64,000 nucleotides of DNA from Mobula hypostoma. Its lineage: Eukaryota. A program made the position numbers and the translations under genes. The stretch covers positions 115,570,001 through 115,634,000 of the forward strand of contig NC_086097.1 in NCBI RefSeq assembly GCF_963921235.1. Reading direction: 5' to 3'. Below the pieces are notes generated by a model, which saw nothing but the letters and a program-made list of their open reading frames with translations, did not search any database and had not been told where the DNA came from. Of the stretch, positions 1 to 14,407 are shown piece by piece (position 1 is the stretch's first letter; the number at the start of each line of letters is the position of its first letter).

Positions 1-804
1 CCAATTCCCCACCCCCCAGGTGCTGCTCAACTCACTAAATTCCTCCAGCAGTTTGTTTTTCATGTTTCAGTTTCCAGCAACGACACTCCCTTGTGTCTCT
101 TGATCAACAAGGCCCCAAGGAGCATAACACAAACTCCACATTGTATGGTTTTCAATACAAGGTGGAGAAAAGCCAGTCTCCTCAGACAATGAAAACTGTT
201 CAAGCCCAATTAAAAATTAATCAGGTACTTAAAAATTAATCAACAAAATTAATTATTTAAAAACATTTTCACAAACACATAAAAATCAATGCATTTATGA
301 TAACAATTGAATTAACCCAAATAAATCAAATTAAATTAAAATCAAATCAGTTAGAATTACTGCTCCCTCTTGAAACGATGTAGTGGAATTTGAGTGGAAT
401 GCATTTGGTACAGAATCAGCAGACAGATTTCCTCACATAACTGCTCCACTACAAGACCCATGAGGAGCCCAATCTTGGGGCCTAGTTGGAGCAGCATCAT
501 TCTCTCTGAGGCAGTTCTGAGCTACCATATTGGTGCAAATGTCTTTCAACCCAGCCCTCCTCAAAAGAAAGTGGTGCAGCAAGGCCTTTTTTTTATTTAC
601 TCACTCCTGTTTTAAATTTAACTGATATCAATGATCCTAAAGTTCAACCTTAATCCTTGATAGTTTAGAATGACGCAGTGATAACTTCCAATAGTAGCTT
701 TTTCACCTTGAGCGCATTGGCATTTTTGTGGATGGTATCTACTCCTGGTATTGAGTTGGGGGGGGGGTGTTTAAGTTTTGTATTTATAGTCACGCCCAGC
801 AAAC

Positions 805-1095
805 TATTTTAAACCCTCCCTGACAGCTCTAGTGTGTCTGCCTGCAAGGATATTAGTCCACCTCATGTTCAGGTGTAATCCATCCCTTTTGTACAGGTCT
901 TAAGCTCCCCAGAAGAGATCTAATGATACACAAATCTGAAACTTTGCCTCCTACACCAATTTGTCAGCCACACAATCATCCATCAAATCATCTTATTCTT
1001 ACCCTCACTGCACTGTGGCACAATCAGTGATCCAGAGATTACCACCCTTGAGGTCCTTCTTTTCAGCTTCCTATGTTCTCTTTCAGGACATCATC
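805..1095 (-). mobile_element. CR1 LINE ORF1 (esterase region) fragment
   Basis: Similar to the minus-strand CR1 ORF1 segment at ~44140-44440 (e.g. 'ttcaggtgtaatccatcccttttgtacaggtc' vs 'ttcaggtgcaacctgtcccttttgaacagatc'). Confidence 0.7.
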
Positions 1096-1143
1096 TCTTC
1101 TAGCTATGTGGTGTTTTTCAAGTTCAAGTCTGTCATCTGTCTG

Positions 1144-1179
1144 TACATATATATATATATATATGTATGTATGTATATA
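1144..1179. repeat. (TA)n/(TATG)n microsatellite
   Basis: tacatatatatatatatatatgtatgtatgtatatac read directly. Confidence 0.9.
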
Positions 1180-4179
1180 CAGCAAACAAAATAACATTCC
1201 TTCAGATCATGGTGCAACCACAAAACATACATCACACACAGTACATAAGATGAAATATTATCATACATAAAGTTAATAAAATATATAATTTAAAGTGCAT
1301 GCAGTGTGTAGTGCAAGTAAATAGCAAAGAGTAAACAGCTGATTGTGCAAGTGATGAGACTTCAGTGGTGGCAGGGTATTCATTAGTCTCACAGCCTGAG
1401 GTAAAAAGCTGTTACCCAGTCTGGCTGACCTTGTTCTGATGCTCTTCTACCTCTTTCCTGATTGTAGTGGGTCAAAGAGATTGTGGAATGGCTGATAGGG
1501 ATCCTTAATGCTTCGGGCTTTTCATATTCAATGCTCCTGGTAAAGGAAGGTTTGGCCTTACAGAAACTTAGCTTACACCAAGCTGAATTGATGCATCTTC
1601 TGTACTAAAAAATAAATCAGATCAATTGAGTGAAAATTGTAGGCAAAAAAACTACCAGATAGCACTGATAGTAACTCATATTCCTTCAATTTTATATGCA
1701 GCCTATCCATTTGGGTATTTACTGACGGTGGATAAACACTATTTGGTGTTCAAATAGAGCATATTTGTAATTTCAAAGGGGTTTTCACACTAGAGATAAC
1801 TGAAGGGACCAGTAAACAAGCAATCATTAAAATTTAAGATATATTCTCTAGATTTGGGTCGGCTAGATTGGAATTCCTGTTTGACCTTATTTTCATAGAT
1901 AGAGATGCTTTTTAGTACAAGGATTTTTGTTATGGCCAGTGATGCATGTTGCCCAAAACTCTGGGGTTGAGAAAATCTTGTAGTTTGCCTGAAAGGAAAG
2001 GTCTATTAAAAATGCAAACCGTCTAAAATGGAATTAGTGAGTCATCATATATTAGAATATAATAATAGTCTCCACATACCTAAAATAATGTATTTATGAA
2101 CCCTAGCAGATATGTTGTGCAAAAGAAGCTCCCACAAATAACAATGTCAACATGAGCAGATAATTTGTTTTCTTAAAGTGTAGATTAAGGCTAGCTTTTG
2201 GCATGTGCACAGGGATTAACATGAAAACTCCTTAAAAAATATTGCCACAGCATCTCATCTGTACACTTGGGTGATCTCCCTGGGTTATAATTTAACATTA
2301 CTTGTCATCGTGCAGTTTCCTTCAGTACTAAATCTGGAGAAGATGTCTTTGTCAGTGAGATTTATCAAAACAGGACTGAAATGTTGTTCAAACATTGCCT
2401 TTGCTACTCTCTCAATACATACTGTTTGATCTGCTGAGTATTTCAGCGTTTTGATGTTTTCCTTTCTGATTCTTAACCTCTGTAATGATTTGTTTGTGTG
2501 TATTTTTCTTTAAATAAGTGTTTCAAGGAAGAGATTAACTTTGGTTTCCAATCTGATTTGTGAAGGTGTCATATATTTAAATATAAATATTATTACTCCA
2601 AGAGATTTTAAATTTGGATCTCATTACCTTACCATTATATTAATATTATTAATATAAATGTTATTACATATTAATAAGATATCTATTATCACAATTATTA
2701 GTGCACATTGGCTTCATTGATATGCAGAGTAAATTCAAAATTTACTTCTTTGCCTTTTATTCCTGGTCTCTACACTTTATAACTCCTGTGTCCACAGTTT
2801 GAACATTTGTCAGATTTTGAGGTCATAAATCTAGATGAAAATGGAGCACAAGGAGTTGAACTGTACCTATAATGGTCCTACAGATTACCCTGTTATCCAA
2901 CAAGATCATGGGAGATCAAAACTAATCTCAAAATCAATGTTTTATCACAATACAAGCAGTGACCGCCATGTTTTTAAATGGAATTGCCAAACAGGATTGA
3001 ACATTTTTTTTTGTACTTTAATTAACTTCAATACTTTAAATTCATTTATATCAAGTGAATGTTTTAAATCAGTAATATTAATTTTTCAACTGTGTATCAT
3101 TTGTCAAATTCCACAATTCTGAAGGAAAAAAACAATCACTGCCATTAGCATTTCAATGTTTATTTTTCCATCTCTATACAGAGATAGCCTATTAGTTAGG
3201 ACAACTGAAGACAGTTACTAATTAATGATTATCTGCATCCTGCTGTAAATTAGCATTGAGATTTTTTTTTCTTGCAATTACATTAGAGGTTTTAATTGGA
3301 GCCCAGTGTGAAGTCTTTTATATTTTAAAAAATCTGCCTTCTGGTACATTCTTAGGAATGTACCCTACAGCCAACAGGCTTCTGAACAAGAGTGGGTAAC
3401 TTTAATCACCACTACTCTGAATTGATTCTGAAACATTCTTAGGATGTTTCCTACAGAGTTCAAACCAATTATTAAGACTATTATTGGCTTAACTTAGAAG
3501 TTTGTTTTACAGTTGACAGAGATGGGAGAGAATTATAAACAGCATTTAGACTTCCTCGATGGAGGATTTTTAATGAAAATTGCAGACCTTTTAGCTCAAT
3601 TCACAATGTACTCATTTCATCATGACAAGTCAGAAATTCCAAATGTAACTTCTTTCGAAGTTTTACACATTTTCTGGCAATCAAGCGGATTGGAATCAAA
3701 AGGATAATGTGTGATTTTCTAGAGCAAACGCATAATTTGGCACTGGTCAGATTAAAAGTGTAGGAGAAAATGGTTTCTATTTGGTGGTGCTAGGTAGATA
3801 GGACACTCTTCTTCCTCTCATATTCAGTTCCATTGTTCTGACAGTGACCTGAGTAATTTTTCAGACTTAGATGCATTGGTTTTAATTGGCATTAGGGAAA
3901 AAATACATTGAATCCAACTCAACTACTTCTCATAGCAACAGGTTCTATATTCCTCTGCTCTCTGGGTAAAAGAAATATCCCCTAAATTCCAACTCAAGCA
4001 GGAGGTACAGGAGCCTTAGGTCCCACACCACCAGGTTCAGGAACAGTTAATTGCCCTACAACCATCAGGCTCCTGAACTGGCTCGGGTAACTTCTATCGA
4101 AGAATTACAGAATCACTTCCAAAGACTCTTTATAACTCAGCTACTCGGAATTACTTTTATTCGCTCAGCTTATAAGAGT

Positions 4180-7055
4180 TAAAAAATACACGCGGACTAA
4201 GATGTTAACTGTCCTGTCCTATCACCAGCAGGATCATCAGTTGATCTGTCACCTGTCTTCAGGAGTTTCGGCCCGCTTATGATCAAGACTCTCTCGAGGT
4301 GGTGGGCCAGCAGTGCTAAAGCACCACCTCCCACTGGTGAGCTTAAAAACTTGGCATCTGCCTCCATCAGAGTTGTTGGTCACTTCCATCCAACAGATAG
4401 TCTGCTCTTCAGGTGTCTATGCAACTACTGAAGGGTTTGAAAGATATGTATACACTGTCTGACTATCTGCCCCTCTGGACATACTTGGTCCACATCCATG
4501 CTGATCCTTTCTCTGCCGCCTCAGCTACAGCCCTGCTGGTTGACTTGATCTCTCTTCTAGTGAAGCCAGGGTCACGCAGCCACTTCTGGAAAGTGAACGC
4601 AATAAACCCACGGCAGCCTACTTCGAATGGATAGCATGAGAACTTCCACCCTCCGTCTCTGCACTCTGATCTTAATTCTGCATACTTGGTTAACTTGCAC
4701 TCATGGGCTTCATCGATGTTGTCTTCCCAGGGGACTGTGAGTTCACCAATAATCACTTCTCTACTGGTGTCAGACCATACGATTATATCTGGACGCAATG
4801 TGGTGAAAGCTATTTGCTCCGGGAAACTACCTTCCCCGTCCAGGTCAGCCTTGACACACCAATCATTGGCTGAAGAAAGTATGCTTGATCGTGAGCCTGC
4901 ACTGTGCACCCTTGACTTGGAGCCTTCTTTCACAAATGATGTGCGATATTCTGTGCAGCATGGGGCATGAGATAAGTTGTGCTGCAGTACTCTCTGCTCA
5001 ACCGCTTCTGTTACAACTTTGAGAACGTTGTTATGTCTCCAAGTGACATGCCGCTGGAAAGATTGACTCTGCATGCACTCAAGATATGTTGAAGTGTTCC
5101 CTTCTCGCCACAAGCAGCACACCTGTCTGTCTTATCTTCATACCAGGTGCTGAGGTTGGCAGGTGTTGGGAGCAGATCGTACGCTGCTCTGCATAGAAAA
5201 GAAATGCGGAGCGGTTCCGTCTGCCACAGAACATTCCAAGATAGATGTCGTTGTTCAACACTTTCCCACCAGGTCCAAGCCCCTTGTTTGGCCAGGCCAG
5301 CTGTTTTAGCTAACCTCTTCTCCCCTTCTGCAATAGACAATAGGTGCAGGAGTAGGCCATTCGGCCCTTCGAGCCAGCACCACCACTCACTGTGATCATG
5401 GCTGATCATCCACAATCAGTATCCAGTTCCTGCCTTATGCCCATAACCATTGATTCCACTACCTTTAAGAGCTCTTTCTTGAATGCATCCAGAGACTTGG
5501 CCTCCACTGCCTTCTGAGGCAGAGCATTCCATATATCCACCATCCTCTGGGCGAAAAAGTTTTCCCTCAACTCCATTTTAAGTGGCCTACCCCTTATTCT
5601 TAAACTGTGGCCTCTGGATTCACCCATCAGCGGGAACATGCTTCCTGCCTCCAGCGTGCCCAATCCCTTAATAATCTTATATGTTTTAATAAGATCCCCT
5701 CTCAACCTTCTGAATTCCAGAGTATACAAGCCCAGTCACTCTAACCTTTCAACATATGACAGTCCCGCCATCCCGGGAATTAACCTTGTGAACCTACGCT
5801 GCACTCCCTCAATAGCAAGAATGTCCCTCCTCAAAATTGGAGACCAAAATTTCACGCAGTACTCCAGGTGTGTTCTCACCAGGGCCCTGTACAGCTGCAG
5901 AAGGACCTCTTTGCTCCTATACTCAATTCCCCTTGTTATGAAGGCCAGCATGCCATTAGCTTTCTTCACTGCCTGCTGTACCTGCATGCTTGCTTTCAGT
6001 GACTGATGTACAAGAACACCTAGATCTCGTTGTGTTTCCCCTTTTCCTAACTTGACTCCATTTAGATAATACTGTGCCTTCCCGTTCTTACCACCAAAGT
6101 GGATAACCTCACATTTATCCACATTAAACTGCATCTGCCCACTCACCCAGCCTGTCCAAGTCTCCCTGTATTCTCATAACATCCTCCTCACATTTCACAC
6201 TGCCACCCAGCTTTGTGTCATCGGTAAATTTGCTAATGTTACTTTTAATTCCTTCATCTAAATCATTAATATATATTGTAAACAGCTGCGGTCCCAGCAC
6301 TGAACCCTGCGGTACCCCACTGGTCACCGCCTGCCATTCCGAAAGGGACCGTAAATCGCTACTCTTTGTTTTCTGTCAGCCAGCCAATTTTCAATCCATG
6401 TCACTAATTTTGCCCACTAATCTCCTATGTGGGACTTTATCAAAGGCTTTCTGAAAGTCCAGGTACACTACATCCACTGGCTCTCCCTTGTCCATTTTCA
6501 TAGTTACATCCTCAAAAAATTCCAGAAGACTAGTCTAGCATGATTTCCCCTTCGTAAATCCATGCTGACTCAGACCAATCCTGTTACTGCTATCCAGATG
6601 TGTCGTAATTTCATATTTCATAATTTCATACCTCTCATATTTCTTGTGTTACAAGCTCACGGCACTCCTTACCTGTAGAAGGTGACCACCACTTGTGGGT
6701 TGTCCATCGAAGCGCCTGGCGGCCTAGCTGGATAGCCCCAACCGTCTTCTTGTGCTTCAATCCAGACTCTGCCTCATTAACTGCTACACGGGCTGACCAC
6801 TTCCTGCCTGATCTCACATCCGGCTGGGTGTTATTGATGACAGGGTCTTTTGAGTCTCGAAGCATCAAGAATGATCGTACCTTGGCTACCTTGACCTCTT
6901 CCACAAAGGATTCCACTGGGATGGTAAGCTTTGTCTGGCTACTGTGGGTTGCAACATTGGTGAGGCTGCTTGATACCCCAAGCCACTTCTTCACATACTT
7001 GTTGATCTTCCGTTCCATTGCCTCAACATGGGACATTGCCACTTCATAGACAGTA
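4180..7055 (-). mobile_element. 5'-truncated Hero/NeSL-type non-LTR retrotransposon (C-terminal restriction-like endonuclease), split by a CR1
   Basis: Minus ORFs 6635-7066, 5011-5415 and 4463-5122 give the RT thumb region, CCHC knuckle (CAACGEKGTLQHILSAC), WRHNNVL, and PD-(D/E)xK-type RLE motifs (LRPDIIVW...ELTVPWE...KLTKY...PFEVGCRGF). Confidence 0.85.
5331..6628 (-). mobile_element. 5'-truncated CR1 LINE inserted in the Hero element
   Basis: RT motifs [32 protein letters not shown]1 3' tail 'caatagacaatag' at 5331; Hero reading frame ends at 6635 (LVTQEI) and resumes at ~5330 (EGEKRLAK). Confidence 0.9.
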
Positions 7056-7365
7056 ACCTTTTGCATATTTGTTGTCTGTCAGTCTTAGTTTATATGTCCT
7101 TTATTTTGAAAAATTCTGCTTTCTTTTTTCCTGTAAATGCATCCAAGATAATGAATCTCAGAGTAGTATGATAATACACTGCATATGAACTTTGATAACA
7201 AATTACTTGGAACTTCGATTAATTAATAGCATTTTAAGATTTATGGCTTTACACTTTGATTTTATCAGTAGATGGAAACATCTTCCTGTGTTGACGCAAC
7301 CAAAACTATTCAAACTACGAACACCACTCTCATGTTTTTCCAGACCCTGATCACATCCACAGCAT

Positions 7366-10185
7366 TTTGGAAAGGGAGGGAGAGCAACCAGATGTCTTGG
7401 TACATATTTGTACCAATGGTATAGGAAGGAAAAGCAATGAAGTCCTGAAGAGAGAATTTAAGAGAGCTAGGTAGAAAGCTGAGAAGCAGGACCTTCAGCG
7501 TAGTAATTTCTGGATTGCTGCCTGTGCCTCCAGTGAGGGTAGAAACAGGATGATTTGGCAGATCAATGCATGGTAGAGAAGATGGTGCAGAGGCAGGCCT
7601 TTGGGTTCATAGATCATTGGGATCTCTTCTGGGGGAGGTATGGCTTGTACAAAAGGGACGGATTGCACCTGAACCTGAGAGGGACCAGGATTGTTTGAGC
7701 TGTAGGGAAGGGTTTAACCTAATTTTGTAGGGGGGAGAAAAGGGCAATGTTATAGTCAGGAGAGATTTTCACATGTAGGTCAGTTGGGAAAATCAGGTTG
7801 GTAATGGATCTCAGGATAGTGAGTTTGATGAATGCCTACAACATGGCTTTTTAGAGCTGTTTGTCATAGAGCCAGCTACGGGATCACCTATACTGGATTG
7901 GGTATTACGTAATGAACTGGAAGCGATTAGGGAGCTTAAGGTAAAAGAAACCTTAGGATGCAGTGATCACAATATGATGGAGTTCAACTTGAAATTTGAT
8001 AGGGAGAAAGTAAAGTCTGACATAACAGTATTTGAGTGGAGGAAAGGAAATTACAGTGGTATGAGAGAGGAGTTGCAAAAGTAAGCTGGAAGGAGCTGCT
8101 GGCACTGGTGATGGGAGAGCTGAAGTGGCATCAGGTTCTGGCAAAAATGAGGAGGGTGCAGGATTCCAAAAACAAAGATATACTCGAATGGCAAAATATT
8201 ACAACCATAACTGACAAGGGAAGTCAAACGTAAAAGAAAGCAACAAAGCAAAAATTAGTGGGAAGATAAAGGAATGGGAAGCTTTTAAAACCCTACAGAG
8301 AGCAACTAAAAGAATCATTAGGCGGAAAAAGATGAAATGTACAAGCAAGCTAGCAAACAATATCAAAGTGGATAGTTAAAGCTTTTTCATGTATATGAAA
8401 AATAAAAGAGAGATGAGAGTGGATATAGGACTGCTAGAAAATGAGGCCAGAGAACTAATAATGGGGGCCAAGGAGATGGCAGATATACCAAATGAGTATT
8501 TTGCATCAGTCTTCACTGTGGAAGATACTAGCAATGTAGCAGATGTTGAAGGGTGTGAGGAAAGAGCCCTGAGTGCAGTTACTATTACAAGGGAGAAGGT
8601 GCTCAAAAAGCTGAAAGACCTAAGTGTACATAAGTCACACAGACCAGATGAACTGCACCCTAGGGTTCTGAAAGAGGTAGGAGTACAGATTGTGGAGGCA
8701 TTATTAAAGATCTTTCAAAAATCATTGGCCTCTGGCATGGTGCCAGAGGACTGGAAAATTGCAAGTGGCATTGCACTCCTTAAGAAAGGAGGAAAGCAGC
8801 AGAAAGTAAATTATAGACCAGTTAACCTGATCTCAGTGGTTGGGAAGATGTTCGAGTCAATTGTTAAGGATGAGGTTATGGGGTACTTAGCAATATGGGA
8901 CAATATAGGACAATGTCAGCATGTTTTCTTTAAGGGAAAATCTTGCCTGATGAACCTGTTGGAATTCCTTGAGGAGATTATAAGTAGGATAAATAAAGGG
9001 GATACTGTGGATGTTGTATATTTGGACTTTCAGAAGGCCTTTGACAAGATGCCACACAAGAGTCTACTTACCAAGTTAAGAACCCGTGCTATTATGGGAA
9101 AGTTACTAGTATGGTTAGAGCATTGGCTGATTGGTTGGAGGCAGCATGTGGGAATCTAAGGATCCTTTTCTAGTTAGCTGCCAGTGACTAGTGGTGTTCT
9201 GCAGGGGTTAGTGTTGGGACCACTTCTTTTTATTTTGTATATCAATAATATAGATGATCGAATAGTTGGCTTTGTTGCCAAGTTTGCAGATGATACCAAG
9301 ATTGGTGGAGGGACTGGTGGTATTGAGGAAACAGGGAGGCTGCAGAAGGACTTAAGACAAATTAGGAGAATGAGCAAGAAAGTAGCAAATGAAATACAAT
9401 CTTGGAAAATACATGGTCATGTACTTTGGCAAGAGAAATAAATGTGTAGACTATTTTCTAATTGGGGAGAAAATCTAAAAATCTGAGATGCAAAGGTACT
9501 TGAGAGTCCCTGTACAGAACAGCCTAAAGGTTAACTTGCAGGCTGAGTTGGTGGTGAGGAAGGCGAAGGCAATGTCAGCATTCATTTCAAGATGTCTAGA
9601 ACACAAGAGCAAGGATGTGATGATGAGGCTTTATAACGCTCTGGTGAGGCCTCACCTTTTTATACAGTAAACAGTTTTGGGCTCCTCATCTAAGAACAGA
9701 TGAAGCTGGCATTGGAGAGAGTTCTGAAGAGGTTCACTAGGATGATTCCAGGAATGAAAACTTATCATACGAGGAAGGTTTAATAGCTCTGGGTCTATAC
9801 TCGCTTGAATTTAGAAGGATGTTGGGGGGGGGGAGTGGAAATCTCATTTCAAATGTTGAAAGGCCTAGACAGAGTAGATGTGGAAAGGATGCTTCCCGTG
9901 GTCTAGGACAAGAGGGCACAGCCTCAGGATAAAGGTATTTCCATTTAAAACGGAGATGTGGGGAAATTTCTTCGGCTAGAGTGTGAAGTTGTGGAATTGG
10001 TTACCACAGTCAGCTGTGGAGCCCAGGTCATTGGGTATATTTAAGTCAGATAGCATCAAAGGTTACAGAAAATAGGCTGGGGATTGGGGCTGAGGAGGGG
10101 AAAAAAGGATGAGCCATGATTGAATGGCAGATTCAGACTCGATGGGCCAAATGGCCCAATTCTGCTCCTATGTCTTATGGTCTTA
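7366..10185 (+). mobile_element. Degenerate long CR1 LINE (ORF1 esterase end, endonuclease end, RT, 3' UTR)
   Basis: ORFs 8389-9159 (NYRPVNL, YLDFQKAFDK) and 9184-9441 (QGLVLGP, KFADD); 3' tail 'tgctcctatgtcttatggtctt'; many stops and frameshifts. Confidence 0.9.
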
Positions 10186-10869
10186 ATATGTAGACTAAAT
10201 CTATTCAAAGTATCCAAGTATTGTTATGCAAGTAACTGATACAAAGTACAACTTTAACTACTTCTCTGTTGCTATAGATATGAACCGTTTAACAACAGCT
10301 TTTTGGCCTTGTGAGTTGGCATCTTAAAAACATACAGGTTTACAGGTTGATCGACTGCTGTGAATTTGTGTAGGTGATGACAGGACCTGGGAGAGGTTGA
10401 TGAGAATGTTGGGAGAATAAACTAACAGATTACTGCAGGACTGCAGCAAAAGGGTGATATCTAGTTGGCATGGACTTGCGCGGACAAAGCAATTTTTTTT
10501 AAATGCTATATGACAATGAAGGCATTTTCTTAAATTGTCTTGACAACCACAGAAGGACTGCTTATCCTATCAGGTTTTTATTTTTTCAAAGATTCAAAGT
10601 TCAAAGTACATTTATTATCAAAGTATTTACGCTGTATGCAACCCTGAGATCCATCATCTCCACAGACAGCCATAAAAAAAGAAAACGGTGGAAACCATTC
10701 AAAGAAAAACATCAAACTCTTCAGTGCGCCAAAATAAGAAGAAATCATGCAAGTGGCAAAAAATGTGAACGAATAACACAATACAGAACACCAACTCTCA
10801 AAGACATCGAAAGAATCCAGGGGCATTCTGTTCTGTTCAATCCAGTGCTGCATCTTTTGCTGTGTCTGA

Positions 10870-11970
10870 TACATCATGAGGACCCTGGAGAGGCTGGCCC
10901 TGGCTCACCTCCAACCCCTGGTCATACCAACCCTCGATCCACTGCAGATTGCCTACCAGGAGCACACTGGAGTCGGCGATGCTGTCATCTTCCTGCTGAA
11001 CAGAGTCTACTCCCATTTGGATAACCAGAGCAGCACTGTGAGGGTCATGATTTTTGATTTCTCAAGTGCTTTCAATACCATACAGCCCCCAGTGCGGGGG
11101 GAAAGCTCCATTCAATGCAGGTTGGCACTTCCATTGTATCCTGGATAATGGACTACCTGACTGACAGACCACAGTTTGTGTGGCTTCAGAGCTCTATGTG
11201 AGACATGACTATAAGCAGCACTGTGGACCCACATGGGACTGTATTGGCTCCCTTCCTGTTTACGCTGTATACCTTGGACATTAGATGCAACACTGAGCCA
11301 TGTCATCAGCAGAAATTTACTGATAACTCAGCACTAGTTGGGTGCATAAAGGGAGGATGGGAGAATGAGTACGGGGCCCTGGTAGAGGACTTTGTCAAAT
11401 GGTGCAGGCTGAGTCACCTGCACTCATCATCAGTCAGACAAAGGTGATAGTGAGGTCCTTTCGAGTTCACAGGCCTCTCCTTCACATGTTCTGCCAGACT
11501 TTTGCTTCTGTGTGGTGGTATGCTAGGGTAATGGCATCAACATGGGTGATGCCAACAGGTTCAATAAACTGATTTGAAAGCCTGGTTCTGTTACATAAGT
11601 CAAACTGAATACACTGAAGGCTGTGGTAGAACAAAGAAGCATACAAAAAATCCTGCGAATTCTGGACAATATTTCTCATCCTCTGCATGCCATCTTGGCT
11701 GAATAGAGGAGCACTTTTAGTAATAGACTAAGACAGCTGTGCTGCTCCAAAAAGCTCTATATGAGGTCATCATTACCCTTAGCATCAGGCTCTCTAATGA
11801 GTCAACTTATAGCCGGGGAAGTAATGATCCCCTCCTGTTAGACTGTCTGAGGTAACTTATTTTTTATTGTTTCTACGTTTCTTCTAATACTTACATATCT
11901 GTGCACTTGTAACACTAATGTGACACTGTAATTTCCTTTGGGATCAATAAGGTATCTATCTGCCTATCTG
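10870..11970 (+). mobile_element. Rex1/Babar LINE 3' fragment, degenerate
   Basis: LDPLQIAY, VRVMIFDFSSAFNTI, PHGTVLAPFLFTLYT, QKFTDNSAL; ends with an (TATC)n-like tail. Confidence 0.8.
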
Positions 11971-12034
11971 CAGATCACAGTGCTTGTCCGCCCTGAACAA
12001 AATCACACAAAACAGCAACAAAAATAAAAGAGCA

Positions 12035-12660
12035 ACGAGAAACATAGAAAACCTACAGCACAATACAGGCCCTTTGGCCCACAATGCTGTGCCGAACATG
12101 TCCTTACCTTAGAAATTACCCAGGGTTGTCCATAGTCCTCTATTTTTCTAAGCTCCATGTACCTATCCAGGAGTCTCTTAAAAGGCCCTATCGTATCTGC
12201 CTCCATCACTGTTGCTGGCAGCCCATTCCACACACTCACCACTCTCTGTGTATAAAACTTACCCCTGACATCTCCTCTGTACCTTCTCCCAAGCACCTTA
12301 AAACGGTGCCCTCTTGTGTTAGCCATTTCAGCCCTAGGAAAAAGCCTCTGACTATCCACACGATCAATGCCTCTCATCACCTCATACACCTCCATCAGGT
12401 CATCTCTCATCCTCCGCCACTCCAAGAAGAAAAGGCCGAGTTCACTCAACCTATTTTCATAGGTTGAGAATCCAGGCAACATCCTTGTAAATCTCCTCTG
12501 CACCTTTTCTACAGTTTGCACATCCTTCCTGTAGTGAAGTGACCAGAACTAAGCACAGAACTCCAAGTCGGGACCAGGATCCTGTATAGCTGTAACATTA
12601 CCTCTCGGCTCTTAAAACTCAATTCCATGGTTGATGAAGGCCAATGCACCATATGCCTTT
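12035..12660 (-). mobile_element. CR1 LINE 3' fragment
   Basis: ORF 12003-12521 (VQRRFTRMLPG...TRGH...QRVVSVWN) is the CR1 ORF2 C-terminus; tail 'gaaacatagaaa'. Confidence 0.88.
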
Positions 12661-12792
12661 TTGAAGAAATAAATATTAGAAAAAGTTAAGGGTATTTGAC
12701 AACATGACTAGAGAGTGAGTTTGTAAATCTGGCAAGTGCAAAGGATGTTGCAAATGAGGAGGGTGGAGCACCATGGGAGGGGTGTGGACAGA

Positions 12793-13593
12793 TGACTTTG
12801 ATGGCAAAAATAGGAAAACAGATTATTATCTGAATGGTGGCCGATTAGGAAAAGGGGAGGTGCAACGAGACCTGGGTGTCATTATACACCAGTCATTGAA
12901 AGTGGGCATGCAGGTACAGCAGGCGGTGAAAAAAGCGAATGGTATGCTGGCATTTATAGCAAGAGGATTCGAGTACAGGAGCAGGGAGGTACTACTACAG
13001 TTGTACAAGGCCTTGGTGAGACCACACCTGGAGTATTGTGTGCAGTTTTGGTCCCCTGATCTGAGGAAAAACATCCTTGCCATAGAGGGAGTACAAAGAA
13101 GGTTCACCAGGTTGATTCCTGGGATGGCAGGACTTTCATATGAAGAAAGACTGGATGAACTGGGCTTGTACTCGTTGGAATTTAGAAGATTGAGGGGGGA
13201 TCTAATTGAAACGTATAAAATCCTAAGGGGATTGGACAGGCTAGATGCAGGAAGATTGTTCCCGATGTTGGGGAAGTCCAGAACGAGGGGCCACAGTTTG
13301 AGGATAGAGGGGAAGCCTTTTAGGACCGAGATTAAGAAAAACTTCTTCACACAGAGAGTGGTGAATCTGTGGAATTCTCTACCACAGGAAACAGTTGAGG
13401 CCAGTTCATTGGCTATATTTAAGAGGGAGTTAGATATGGCCCTTGTGGCTAGGGGGATCAGGGGGTATGGAGGGAAGGCTGGGGTGGGGTTCTGAGTTAG
13501 ATGATCAGCCATGATCATAATAAATGGCGGTGCAGGCTCGAAGGGCCGAATGGCCTACTCCTGCACCTCCTTTCTATGTTTCTATGTTTCTAT
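12793..13593 (+). mobile_element. Young 5'-truncated CR1 LINE
   Basis: Open ORF2 C-terminus (RPHLEYCVQFWSP, TRGH, QRVVNLWN); (TTTCTATG)n tail; candidate TSD GACAGA at 12787-12792 and 13594-13599. Confidence 0.92.
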
Positions 13594-13881
13594 GACAGAG
13601 AAGGAGTGCCAGGTGCAGGGGATGGGATGCATGCAGCCCTAAGACATTAGACAATGCCATTTGAATCCAAACAACTGGTTTATTGATCTTTACAAAATGT
13701 CTCTCTGTTGCTTCCTGTTCTCTCCCCTCTCCGTCCCTTCTCCTATTCCCAACCTGCCTCCTTTCAATTCTTAGTCCACAGCAGTGACCCAAAATCACAT
13801 ACGTTATGTCATGAAGTGTGTTTGTGTGTGCGCGCGCGCATGCGCACGGACAGCAGTACAGTGCAATACATAAAATTAATA

Positions 13882-13948
13882 CAGTTCTGTGTAAAAGTCT
13901 AAGACACCTGAGATATCGATCTGCATCTGAGACTTTTGCTGAGGACTG
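13882..13948. mobile_element. 67-bp Tc1/mariner-type miniature inverted-repeat element
   Basis: TA|cagttctgtgtaaaagtct...agacttttgctgaggactg|TA: imperfect TIRs starting CAGT, flanked by TA. Confidence 0.65.
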
Positions 13949-14407
13949 TATATTCTATTAAACACTACTAATGCATTGGTTTGTCCAGTCCATATTTAAA
14001 GTCCTTTATGATTGCTGATGTGTCCTTGTTAAGTACGCTTTAAATTTCCCTGATTTAATCTATGAACTACATTGTATTAATGCTTTTGTGAAGAATCCTG
14101 GAGGCTGCTGACAACCAAGGCCAGCATTATAAGTCAAGGTCAGGTTCAGCAAGATACAGCCCATTTTCATTCCTTTTTCTTACATTGAATCAGCGGCATT
14201 CCGCCTCTCGCTCCTGAAGATATATGAAGCCAGGCCCTCAGACAAGGAAATGCTTTCTTGTCCAGAGTGACATTATAACCTTGTGACTTACTTTTGCACA
14301 GATTTGAGAATTTTTTCTTGCCCATTTGCTGTGACCTGTTGCCCATTTATGCACAAATCCTACTCTGGAATGGAATATGTCTGGTGTACTTGCTAAGCGG
14401 TTAATCA

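Noticed and set aside
3513..3707. Possible host exon after 'tttgttttacag'
   Set aside because: Good acceptor and one open frame, but no strong donor, no recognisable protein similarity and no partner exons; needs RNA-seq.
12826..13518. Long antisense ORFs (also 24635-25486, 38564-39070, 5638-6006)
   Set aside because: Shadow frames opposite TE coding sequence, with no independent motifs.
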